DNA from: Psammoneis japonica
Lineage: Eukaryota
NCBI GenBank assembly: GCA_008632985.1
Contig: QPGO01000239.1
Coordinates: 62,001 to 91,509, forward strand
Reading direction: 5' to 3'
Length of the DNA stretch: 29,509 bases
A model generated the notes under the pieces. It did not search any database, was not told the DNA's origin, and saw only the letters and a list, made by a program, of their open reading frames with translations. The position numbers were made by a program, and so were the translations under genes. Shown here in pieces: positions 1 to 10,779 of the stretch (within the stretch, counting starts at the first letter, position 1; each line of letters starts with the position of its first letter).

Positions 1-224
1 GGTCTGGAAACTATGGTGCACGAAGTGAGGATCTCGATATTGAGAGCAATTGCATTTTACTTTTGCCAGACGATTCACCGCTAAAGGAATCACTGGCGCA
101 CGAATGGAATTCCATGTGCAGCTTTGCGACCGAGTGGGATGGAAACCTCGTCAAGAGCCAAAATGAATCCACCTCACCCTTTCCAGTTAGAGCTGCGCTA
201 CCGTACATTAGGAATCTGTTTTGA
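1..224 (+). CDS. PGS1: 3' end of a phosphatidylglycerophosphate synthase (PLD-superfamily, PGS1-like); 5' part lies outside the window
   Basis: Not in the ORF track. The frame from nt 3 reads SGNYGARSEDLDIESNCILL...ALPYIRNLF* (TGA 222-224). This matches the GSxN(F/Y)GxRSxxxDxE motif after the second HKD-like motif and the ..PLIKNFF-type C-terminus of PGS1. Confidence 0.72.
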   Translation, partial: SGNYGARSEDLDIESNCILLLPDDSPLKESLAHEWNSMCSFATEWDGNLVKSQNESTSPFPVRAALPYIRNLF

Positions 225-354
225 AGTCGCGTGCTTTGCCAACTTCAAGGGCCTTGTACTTGAAATTTACCGCGAAACTCTAAATAGGAGGAAGATGGAT
301 GTCAATTTTTTTGCAACACGAGACTGGCAAGGCTCCGAGATTCTCGCTCCGATT

Positions 355-470
355 GAATAGTAGTTAGCCTACTACTATCTCACAACTACGTACTCTATGT
401 ACAGTACCTCTCTATTCCTTACTACTCTAGCTAGTAGATAGAGCTTTACCGGGACCCTACTGCCCTACAC
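355..470. repeat. TAG/CTA-rich low-complexity intergenic patch
   Basis: About 21 TpA in ~115 nt (hand count). Contains CTACTCTAGCTAG at 422-434, which recurs at 13927-13939. Confidence 0.7.
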
Positions 471-1041
471 AGCTCAAAGATCTGAGATTGAAATACGGAA
501 ATTTTCGATGTGATTATTCTGTACTTCATGTCTGATTAAAAAATATATATGAAAAAGCATCTTTTTTCTTTTTTCCTCGTCGCGAGGTCTTGCGAGTTCT
601 CACCCTTTGTTGTCGTCGTCGCCTCTCGTTGTCGAGCGACGTTGTCTTGTGTTTTGTTCTGTTGAGGAACGGATCAGGTTTGGTATTCATACTAGTACTG
701 TCGTTGCAACGGCATTGCTGTAAAAGGCGCTTGCTGTCTAAAAAAGCTATTCATGCCGAAGTGGCTAAAAAAGAGCGGCTCACCCAAAAAGAGCTCAGCA
801 TCAAAGGAAGAGCAGGTGAGAATCTTTGGAAGATCTTTTTCTGCGCCACGTTTCGATCGATCTGACGTGCAACTCAGTACGATTTCTACGTGCAACCTGA
901 GCTTTCTCACATATGCTCTTCTGAATTCATTAATTCTCAAACTCTTTTGATTAGTCGACGGATAGTGCTAGCGTTGAAGGCCCAAGGGAAATACCAAGCA
1001 CACCCTCGGACAACACCGTGCGTGTTGACAACACAACTGGT

Positions 1042-2888
1042 ATGAGTACTACTAGTAGTCAATCAGGACGTTCGAAAAAATCATCTCGGTATATTGCTGG
1101 GAATCCCGAGGAACGGCTTGCCGCGTTGGAAAAGGATTATGCGCGTCTCAAGGACCAATTTCTCGAAGAGAAAGGAGCGAAACGCAAGCTCTACTCGTCT
1201 CTTGTAAAGTTAGCCAGTCAGATGAAACGGATGCAACGTGATCAGGGTCCTCTTGTAGAGGCGGCAGATTATGCAAACCAAACGTGGTATGAGGGTGGCA
1301 TGTGGCGTGCTCCGCAAATTTTGCCGGGCGTATCCAAAGCAAAGTCCAAAAGCGAGGCTAGCCATCCGATTCGTCAACCCATTTCTCTTTCTGAATTATT
1401 CTTTGACCTAATTATCGTCATGGCGTTTACTCGGGTCGGTACATCCGTGTCGAACCGGCTCACCATTGATGGACCCGTTCTTGCGTATTTTGCAATTTTC
1501 TGGACCATTTGGAGCAAGGAGGCGTCGTATGGCACAAGGTTTGATACTACCGACTTGTCGGCACAGGTTTCAACGCTGCTCACGTGCTTTGCCGTCTTGT
1601 TTGGGTCTCTTTCGACAACCGAAGATTTTCAATCGGAGGACTCGACTCGCATGATGGCTGTTGCTGGCTTTGTGGCTGTCTTGCATTTATTGCTTCATAT
1701 TCGTGTGGCTCATTGGTATCTTGATTCTCCCAAGGGGTCGGTGGAGCATCATGTACGAAGTTATGCCGTTTACAATATCGTTATGAACTCGTTGGAGGCA
1801 GTAACGTGGGGTATTGGTATCTTTTTCGTGGGTCAAGAATCAAAAGTCCGTTGGGTCATTTTTCTTGTAGGAATTATCCTGTCTCTTCGAGTGCCTCGAG
1901 CTTTTCTTGCCAATGACTTTCATGGTACGTTTGAAAAGTTGCTGTTGTGTATTCTACGAAACTCCACGGATCTGACCTTGACGATTCTTCTATAGGCGCT
2001 TGTTCCAAGAGAGCTGTGCTTTACATTCTCTTGCTCGGCTTCTTGCTGCAAAGCATCGTCTTGGAGGCTTCGCCCTTTTTCGAATACGAATCGCCATCGT
2101 TGGAGCAGTATGCTTTCTTGGGATCATCATGTGTCTTGCTTTTCTGCATCAAGCTCTTGTATGTGGAGGATTCCAACACGCTCAATGTAGACCATGCGCT
2201 CTTGATCAATCGCTGGGCCGGTTTTTTCTTTAATCTGGGACAGTTCAGTCTGTTGCTGGCAACGACGATTTTGGGTTCGGGTTTGGATCTTTTGACGCAC
2301 AGTTACTTGGCCGCGACTGCCGCCTTGCCCAACAATGCCAAGAATCTCACGTGCGGTGGATTCTCGGCCGCGATTATTTCGATTGCCTTTATCAAGAGCA
2401 TGCATCTTCGCAGAGTCCCTCGTGATAAGAAGCAGAGACGCATGTTTTTGACGGCGTACTTTGTGCAGACCTTTGTTCTTTTGGTGGTTGCCTTTACAAC
2501 ATTTCGAATGTGCCTTACGGACAAAGAATCCGGCATGCTCTCCTTGCTCATGGTGAATGAGATCGAAATGCTCTTTGTTTTGTCGGGATTTGCAATTTGC
2601 TTGGTTGTAGCGCAATGGCTCGACGAAGCGGTGGAGCTCAGCCTATTTGACACGGGTGAAGATTCCAGGCAGTACATGGTTCATCCGTTTGGGTTTTGGT
2701 GGTGCCTCAAGCCAGAGGTTCCCTTGGAAGAAGCCGATCAGGCTGTTGAAAACATGAGGAGTACAATACCTTCTCAACGGCGACTCTCGCAGTTCTCTCC
2801 CTTGTTGGGAAGTAGTGTTGCAAATCTCAAGATTTCTCAAATGGACTTGAACTATGATGCGACAGCTGATGATTTGGAATCCGGATAG
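1042..2888 (+). CDS. Multi-pass membrane protein of the low temperature requirement A (LtrA) family with an N-terminal coiled coil; exons 1042-1924 and 1996-2888
   Basis: LtrA signature ELFFDLIIVMAF, then YGTRFDTTD and many hydrophobic segments. ORFs 1018..1995 and 1947..2888 join in frame via a 71-nt GT..AG intron at 1925-1995 (..NDFH G ACSKR..). First ATG at 1042, TAG at 2886-2888. Confidence 0.8.
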
Positions 2889-3119
2889 CGCCAACATGGT
2901 GCTGTATGAGGAATATCCGTCTTCTTTTGTTGGGATTTATGGAAGTTTGCTTGAAGCGCCCGCTTATCTAAGAATTACGGTGAGGCTCAGGATGAATACG
3001 ACGAGTTTTGTGATATATTATTTTGGATTTACTAAATGAAAGTAGAGTCAGAACCCTACTCGAGGAAGTATCTAATATGCACTCTGAGATTGGTCATGTA
3101 GCAATTGAAGAGACAAGAA

Positions 3120-4696
3120 CTATTGCGCCACAGCATGACCCTTGTTTTGGTGCTTGTGATGCACGTCGGCCGCATGGACCTTCTTGTGAGCCACCTTGTG
3201 CTGATCTGGTTTCTCCTCGCGCACGATACTCTTGACGACGCCGACAGCAACCGTCTTGCGCATGTCACGGACTGCGAAACGGCCGAGTGGAGGAAGCTCC
3301 GCAAATGATTCCACGCAAAGTGGCTTGGTGGGCTTGAGCTGCGCGATCGCCGCATCTCCCGTCTTGATGAATTTAGGATTTTCCTCCAAAACCTTGCCGG
3401 AGCGACGATCCATCTTGGACTTGATAGTCTCAAATCGGCATGCGACGTGGGAGGTATGGCAGTCAAGAACAGGACAGTAGCCAGGAAAGATCTTGCCAGG
3501 ATGATTCATGATGATGACTTGGGCGTCAAATTCTTTCACACCCGAAGCAGGGTCTTTTTCGGAATCGCAAGCCACCATACCGCGGTGCAAGTCCTTGACG
3601 GAGACATTCTTACAGTTGAATCCAATGTTATCCCCGGGCTCAGCATGATCTAGAGCAGTATGATGCATCTCGATAGACTTGACTTCGGATACGATGTTCG
3701 ACGGAGCAAACAACAGCTTCATTCCAGGCCTCATAATGCCCGTTTCGACTCGTCCAACCGGAACCGTTCCAATGCCACCAATCTTGTAAACATCCTGAAG
3801 AGGCACACGAAGCGGCTTGTCAGTGGGACGCTTGGGTGGGTGTACATTGTCAAGTGCCTCTAGCAAGGTCATTCCCTTATGCCAAGGCATGTTACTGGAC
3901 CTCTCAATCATGTTGTCCCCCATCCAGCCACTCACTGGAATGAAAGGAATCTTGTTTGGTTTGTATCCAACGTTCTTGAGGAAATGAGACACCTCTTGAG
4001 TGATTTCGTCAAAGCGCTCCTTCGAATAATCCACAGCATCCATCTTGTTAACACCAACAATCATCTGCTTGACTCCGAGCGTGTGAGCAAGCAAAGCGTG
4101 CTCACGAGTTTGTCCCTCCTTTGAGATTCCAGCTTCAAAGTGACCAGGGGCGGCATCAATTACTAAGAGAGCCACATCTGCCTGGGACGTGCCTGTGATC
4201 ATGTTCTGTGTCAAAAAGAAGCGATGCGATGAGTACATCAGGCTGGGAACGCAGCAGTAGATATGGAATCCGGAACGAAACGAATCGCCAGGAGGTGGCC
4301 GTGACTTAAACGTACCTTGATAAAGCTGTTATGTACAAAAAACAAAAGATGGGGGTGAGCTTCTATCGGAGAATCAAAGAACAGCTAGCGGATATGGCGG
4401 ACTTACTCGCGATGACCTGGAGCATCAATCACAGTCACCATAAACTTGGGCGTCTCAAACTTCCAAAGAGCGACATCAATGGTGATTCCACGTTCGCGTT
4501 CCGCTTTTAAGTTGTCGAGCACCCACGCGTACTTGAATGATGCCTTGCCCAACTCGGCGGCCTCCTTTTCAAACTTTTCAATTGTACGCTTATCAACGCC
4601 CCCTAACTTGTAAATCAAGTGTCCCGTGGTTGTGGACTTCCCACAATCGACATGGCCTATCACCACAAGATCAATGTGAGTCTTTTCCTTTCCCAT
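3120..4696 (-). CDS. EEF1A: Translation elongation factor 1-alpha, 461 aa; exons 4696-4407, 4325-4316 (10-nt micro-exon), 4205-3120
   Basis: MGKEKTH start, [24 protein letters not shown], and [15 protein letters not shown] introns at 4406-4326 and 4315-4206 restore the invariant APGHRDFIKNMITG. Confidence 0.96.
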
Positions 4697-5131
4697 TGCT
4701 TCTCTGTATCTTTTCTGTTTATTGTGCTATGCAGGAGATGAGAACTCCACACGGTACACGGTGACGCGATAGAGCGATGAGAACCCCCGTGTCAAGGTGA
4801 GTCATGGCTTCGTTGCGCTCATCCAATCATCTTGCTTGATATGAAAACAATTCAGAATCACCAGCAGCGTCTCATAAGCTTCATGGTTGACTACTAAGAT
4901 CATAAAACAGCATCTGCACACCACTGTTGCAAGTGCAAGAGGAAAATACCGGTACCAAATCGCATCATTGTCTATGGTGTGTGTTGCTTTGTTGTGGTTG
5001 GCGCCGGAATCTGAACCGCCACCAATGTCGCTCTCGGGACTCAGTGAGTCGTGTCGCGGTTGCGAGTCCCGCGAAGCCATAGTCTGCCGTAGCTGGTGGC
5101 TCTCTCTCTGTCCTGAGATTTTGGATTATGA

Positions 5132-5237
5132 GAAGTATAAAAGGGGAGGCCGCCGAAGGCGGCCCTGAAGTATAAAGTGAAAAGAAGAAAAGGGAGAAAA
5201 GGAAAAGAAAAGAAGAAAAGGGAGAAAAGGAGAAGAG
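5132..5237 (+). repeat. GC hairpin flanked by GAAGTATAAA direct repeats, followed by a polypurine tract with a tandem duplication
   Basis: GAAGTATAAA at 5132-5141 and 5167-5176; hairpin at 5148-5164. Purines only over 5179-5237, with GAAAAGAAGAAAAGGGAGAAAAGGA at 5179-5203 and 5207-5231. Confidence 0.85.
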
Positions 5238-5240
5238 TTT

Positions 5241-8200
5241 CTACATTGTCAATTTGTGGCCGTCAGGCTTTCCTGCAAAGTGTTCTGGCAACGCTTTGTG
5301 GTGCTCTGGTTTTGTGTTGTAGAGTTGAGCTCCTATGGCTTTTAGCCATGGGGCAGCATTGGCATAGGAAAGGCCCGAAATCATGTCTTTGGTGAGCACT
5401 CGTGCCAGTCGAGGTCTCTTTGCCCCGGCATCTCCTTGGTGCAACCGGGCTCTACGAATTTTCCTGCCACGTTCTTTCAGCAGCCGTTTGACGTGTGAAA
5501 CACAAATCTTGCCACCAAGGCCCACTAAAGATCCAGTGCCTCGCATCATGTTGGCGTGTTGAAGGTTCCATGCACTAGAAACTTTGCTTGAGAAATCCTC
5601 ATCGCTCAAGTTGTCACCAAACACTTTCTGCAATTCCGCCACCACACTCCAGAGCTGTGTTGTTTGCCAATCAGACAGACTTTGCGACTCTAAAAGGCAC
5701 GCATTTTGGAATGTCGGCGTGTCCACCTTTCCCAACTTTCGATTCCAAACTTGCTGCCCACAACAAAAATCTCTGCAGACGCCAGGGGATGAGGAGCTGA
5801 GGAAACCATGGCGCCAGCGGCAGGAGCAGCAGTGGGGGCGACGCCGGCCATCAAAGTCGGCATGTTGAAAGTGCCGGCAGCAGCAGCTCGTTCGGCATTG
5901 ACAACAGCACCGTGGGTGGCGACACTGGCTGCAGCAACATTGGCCAGGGCGCCATTCGCAGCTTCCTCAATGCTTTCAGTCGGCGCCTCTTCATTTGATG
6001 ATGGAGAGGTCGAGCTCCCCATGCCTGCACTCATGAGCAACAGCTCTTCTTCAACCTTTGCCCATTCCTTGTATTTACCATGGTCTGTGCCGATTGGCTC
6101 ATCACAATCCCCGAGCTCTGGAGGGAAGTCGATTCCATGGCACATCGACAGATTGGAGTGCCGAGCCAGGAGTGCCTCATGCAAGTGCCATTCAAGAGTA
6201 CGAGGGTCAGCAATGTTCAAGAGTTTCGCAAGCTTCTTGTCCTTGTCAAGGTTGAACCTTGTCACTCAAAGCCACAGCTTTTTGTTGGCAAGGCCAGAAG
6301 ACAATCGACCAACATCCCGAACAAGACGGTTCGCTTGTTTGTTGAATGCCTCTCCCTGCGATGTTGAACGAATTCTCACCAAGTCTGAATGCTCATCGTC
6401 GGGATCTGTCTTAAAGCTCATTTGGTCTGGTGGCAGTGGATCTTGACAGCAACCTTTGCGAATGTGCTGAAGCACATTGTCAACCTCTGCCTTTGTTCCC
6501 CGTCGCTTCCCTTTCACCGGCTTCAGAGTGCACATCAAGCATCCATTTCCTTTGAATGCTTCTTCAGCTCCAAGCTTTTCCTCTGCCTTCTCAATGTCAT
6601 TGCAGCATTCTTCAATTTCCCTCGCCATTGTGTCTTTGTCTGGCACATGGTTTAACGTCTTGTCCTTGCACTTCTGCTTTTTCAGCATGACCGGCACTCC
6701 CAATTCTCTTGAGCACGAAACCTCCTTGGGTTCTTTTTTGAAGAGCTCAAAGGTGTGGTTGCAGCTGGCTGTGTCAAACTTGAGACTCTTAGATGCAAAT
6801 GCCGTAGTGAAGGTCCTGTGAAGCTCATGATCCGGGCCACGTGTCGACTCGTGTGCTTTTTTTTGCCCGTGCATGTTGTCTTTCAAGGGCGCCTCCTCCG
6901 CACCCGGCCTGCACTGCGCAAACCAATGGGCTTTACGGTCCTCACAACCACCACAGCAGGTGTCGGAGTGTGCAAATTCCACTCCATCCACGTGTGTCTG
7001 CCCAAGCCGTTCACAACGTTTTCGGAGAAAATGGCCAAGCTTCTGGCACACATCGTCGCTCTCCGATTTCGTGAAAGCCCAATTCATTGCATGCCCACAC
7101 ATTCCAAAAAGAATTGCTGAGGTGTTGATGTCTTCCTCTGAATCGGGGTCATTCACAGTCTTTTTTCCACATCAAACGTCGCGTCCCACTTGATGCATTT
7201 GCCCGGCGACCAACTGAATAAATCCCGTTTCAGATGTGGAAACACCGCATCAAAGCAACGGTCGAATGTTGCCTTCAGTTTCTTTTCGTCCGGTGGCACA
7301 AAGATTTTGTTGCATCGAGCTGCTTTGAAATCAGGCCATTGTGCTTGTCTGCATCTTCCTCCTCGAGAAAATCCATGTGCGCCTTGACAGCTTTTGTTCC
7401 ATTGCATTCAAATGTTTCTCGAAAATCTCGGGCCATGTCCGCAAACACCGTGTCATCCTTCAACAGTTGGTTGCACAGTTCTTTTGTAACAAACACTTCT
7501 CCATCTTTGCCATCTGCTGTTTCTGTCTCAATGAATTCTGAACACCTTTCCCGGAGCTTCCTTGGATGCTGCGACCACGTGTCAGGTTCACACATGGCAA
7601 AGTCATGGGAGCTGGTGAGATCTGTGCCATCACCCACCGCCTTCTTGGGATTTCCAGCACAGGTGACGTTGCTGCAGGTTCCAATGGCAGACAAGATGGG
7701 GATGCGGGTCTTGCATCCAGCAATGGTGCAAGTTGAATCCTTCTTGTAGCCGGTTCTGTCATCATGCCGGACGCTCTTGTTGCCACCACACCATGGACAG
7801 GGTGTCTTGACGCCCACAAGTTTGCGACCATTTTCATCAATGTGCTCACAACGACATCTTTCATCCTTGATGAGAATGTCTCTGTCAAAAACATCAGGAA
7901 ACACACAAAGCAAATGAGTCCCTGGTGGGACTTCAAATTCGCTTGCGGCCTTCTTCATTCCCACCAGACTCCACTTGGAAGATTGGGCGTGGGGACCAGA
8001 AATGGTGAGTTGAGTAAGACCTGTCTGCTTGTGCTTCTTAGCTTGCACCTCTGGTTTTGAAACGTGACGAATGAAACCCTGGGGAAAGAACGTGTGGATG
8101 TGCTTTTCCAGAGTCGTCCCATCATGCAGCTGCTTTCGGTGAAGCAACGCCTGGCACCCACGGAGCCCTGGCTTCTTTAAATGAGCCATGCCATTGTCAT

Positions 8201-8291
8201 CCAAAGAAGGAAACCAGTCAGACCTGTGCATTCGATGAATGCATCGGTCAATTCCTGAAAGAGAACCTGTCTCGTTGGGAGGTTCGGCCAT
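5241..8291 (-). pseudogene. Frameshifted putative RNase H-fold (DDE) transposase with an N-terminal Cys cluster, resembling KDZ-like/DUF6729-type proteins
   Basis: ORF pieces 7275..8291, 7153..7407, 6266..7156, 5690..6265 and 5241..5735 tile into ~1000 codons, with three frameshifts and an in-frame TGA at 6266-6268 (KLWL*VTRFN, likely CGA->TGA). Motifs in order: CPWC..C..C, IKWDATFD, (Y>H)SDTCC, LKDNMH (DxxH), RSTSQGEAFNK. The family call is from remembered motif similarity only. Confidence 0.62.
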
Positions 8292-8404
8292 GGTGAAACG
8301 ACGAATGTGTCAACAGTGCTGCCGATGCTCTCACGTTGATGTTGTTGTTGCTCCGTCTCAGCAAAAACTAGCGTGTCTTTCCATGTGTCAAACATGCGGT
8401 GTCG

Positions 8405-8607
8405 CTGCGTCGGAGATTGCAGCGATTTTGTCAAATCTGCGTCGGATGATGCTGGCTTTTCTACGTCGGAAGTTCTTCCGTTGGCAAGTCTTTTCTGCTG
8501 AGGCTACGACAAATTGTGCATGTAAAATGCAACACAAAAGTGACGCACGTCGGATGGGTGCAAAATTTGTGTGGGCCAAATCCTTTTCTACGTCGGATCC
8601 GACGTAG
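8405..8607. repeat. Subterminal array of a 9-10 bp motif (TA/TG/CA)CGTCGGA ending in a perfect 20-bp palindrome
   Basis: CTGCGTCGGA 8405-8414 and 8437-8446, CTACGTCGGA 8461-8470, GCACGTCGGA 8545-8554, CTACGTCGGATCCGACGTAG 8588-8607. Confidence 0.9.
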
Positions 8608-8989
8608 GTCCTGGCATGTGTTTTATGCTTCTGACTTGAATTTTTCCATGCACTGCTGGCTGGGGTGTTCCTAGAGAGTGAACTTCCCGGCTGCGCTCCA
8701 CCATGCCAGAAAGAATGGATTTGACATTGTGCATGCAGTCGAGCTTCCCTGATGGTCTCAAAGGGTGGTAATTGATGCGGAACTGAGTGACAGTGCGAAG
8801 GGTGCACACGTGGAATTGTCTTGGAATTGAGCGCCACCAACCTGTGACAGAATGAATGTCGAAGCTCGACCGCAGACAAGGCTCAATCTTTTGAATGCCA
8901 GAAAGTGAGGGCAGTTCAAATTCAAATGGTCTGAGCTGCCACCAGCAGCTGCCATTTTGTTCCATCACAAACTCTTGTGCAATGAACAT

Positions 8990-10310
8990 GATTCTGTTCG
9001 AAGCCTAGAAACTCAGCTTTTCCAGGGCATCTCAAAAACAACAATGGGGATGAATCCAATCCTTTCCTTTGCATTGAAAGATGAAATCACATCAGAGAAG
9101 AGGACAAATTGTGGGCCATCATTGACCAAAGCAGAAAGTGAAAAGTGCTGCCCACAAGGTTCAGCGACAAAGTCACCGTGTCGCCGTCGCCAAAAGTTGG
9201 ATGGAAAGAGTCACAAGGACCACCATCTTTCTGGACTGCACAGGCAGCGCCATTGTTTCCATGCACCCAGCCAACATTGGGGTGCACAGGATGTTCGGAA
9301 GAAGCCACACCAACCAAAGTGATGCCACACATGGCTGCAATCTTGACTTGCCATTTGTGCATTCCATCTTGAAGGGCATTGACGCTGAGCATTTCGGCAA
9401 CATGGGAATCAGCAGTGCAGCTAAAGATTTTGCTGCTGGAGCTTTTCCATGCACAGTTTTTTGGGCACCCCAGGGAGCTGAGAGAGATGTTGTGTTTTGC
9501 TTGTGCGCGGACAAAGCCTGGACCCTGCAGGCTTGCATGAGTTGTTGTGTGGCAACGAGACCAGACGTGGCAACAATTGCACCCAAGTCACTGGGCTCAA
9601 TGTTCTCCAAGTTAAGAAATTTTGAGAGTTCTGCAGCTTTCCGCTTCCCACCCGCATGGCCATCATTGTCATCTGCACTCTGAAGTTCGATTTGCGACCA
9701 ATCATTCAGCAACTTAAAGAGCAAAGTGTCATCGATCCCAAGCCTCCCATGATGGACAATTCTTTCAAGGGCACTGGCGTTCATCACACACAGCAGTCCT
9801 TCATTGAAAACAGAGTCAAGATTCATGATGATCTGTTGGAGCACAAAATCCAGACTGCTTGAGTTGCGGAGGGAAAGGAATGATTCCGAGGCAGCCAGGA
9901 ACTCCAAAGCAACTGCATGATTTTCTGACATGACTTTTCACAAATGTTCCATGATTTTTGCACAGATCAGTGGTGATTCAAGGCAAATGGCAGCTTCCAC
10001 AAGTTCCCCGGCCTTCTCAGTGAAGTCGGTTTGACTTGCTTCTGCAAACACAACAAGGATGTCAGCCGTGTTGGTGCAGGCATGCGACACCAAAGACTCC
10101 AGCATGTCTCCGGAATGCGGAAGATTCACTTCCTTGCTCTTGGACTTGGCAAACTCTCCAGCATGTCATCAAACATGGGCAAACACAACACCATGAATGC
10201 AGTGAATGGCTGGAGCGCATGCCCCGTCAGATCCAACAAGTGTCAAATCATCACATTTGTTGCCATTCCTTTGTTGATCAAGATTTTGCTGTTGGCAGGC
10301 ATGATGATTA
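8990..10310 (-). pseudogene. Decayed BTB/POZ-BACK protein gene with a C-terminal SPRY/concanavalin-like domain
   Basis: Pieces read DLTLVGSDGACAPAIHCI (BTB start), LESLVSHACTN (expected ..EYxYTD), LFKLLNDW, LNLENIEPSDLGAIVATSGLV..LMQACRVQAL (BACK end), then HKWQVKI..GVA..FGDGDTVTLSLNL. Interrupted by stops and frameshifts; ends approximate. Confidence 0.72.
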
Positions 10311-10779
10311 AAGGGAGTGCAAGCAGTGTCGAAAGTCAACTCTGTGCTCCACAATGCACCACTGGAGCAGAGGTCTAGCTTGTTGCAGATTGTTCTTGTG
10401 AAGCAGTGACAACAATGACAAAAAGCTGAGTTTGGAAAAAAGATCCAACACTGCACCAAGACAGATGACCATGCCTTGATGAAACCAACCAACAAACGCG
10501 TGCACAACGCACATGATGCCTGCTGGCATGGGGCAATCGGGACTTTGGAAATTTGCACTCCCTGCCTGCAACTGCAATGGCTGGCTCTGGTGGCTGGATC
10601 TGGTTAAACTGTGGCCACATCTGCGGTTTGTTGAGTCTTCAGTTGTTGTCTGGGAAGAATGAATTGTGAGACCATCTCAGTTGTCAAAAACACGCCATTT
10701 CAGTGACCGGCATTTTTTCTCCGTTCCCCACCTGAAAGCAAAAAGCTGTGACACTCCACATTGTGACACAGCCTCTGCC

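Larger units (their letters stand above)
5116..8607 (-). mobile_element. Decayed ~3.5-kb DNA transposon-like element with asymmetric structured ends and no terminal inverted repeats seen
   Basis: Encloses the broken transposase-like ORF. One end has the GC hairpin GGCCGCC-GAA-GGCGGCC (5148-5164); the other has repeated xTACGTCGGA motifs and a 20-bp palindrome (8588-8607). A candidate 6-bp target duplication GTCCTG sits at 5110-5115 and 8608-8613. Boundaries are inferred. Confidence 0.6.

Noticed and set aside
4798..4804. TGAGTCA (AP-1/bZIP-like) sites upstream of genes (also 14952, 15353, 28530)
   Set aside because: A 7-mer is expected several times by chance in 29.5 kb, and it also occurs in coding and decayed DNA (e.g. 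12577, 22524).
8405..8607. CRISPR-like array
   Set aside because: Repeats are only 9-10 nt, irregularly spaced, in a eukaryotic context with no cas genes; better explained as transposon subterminal motifs.
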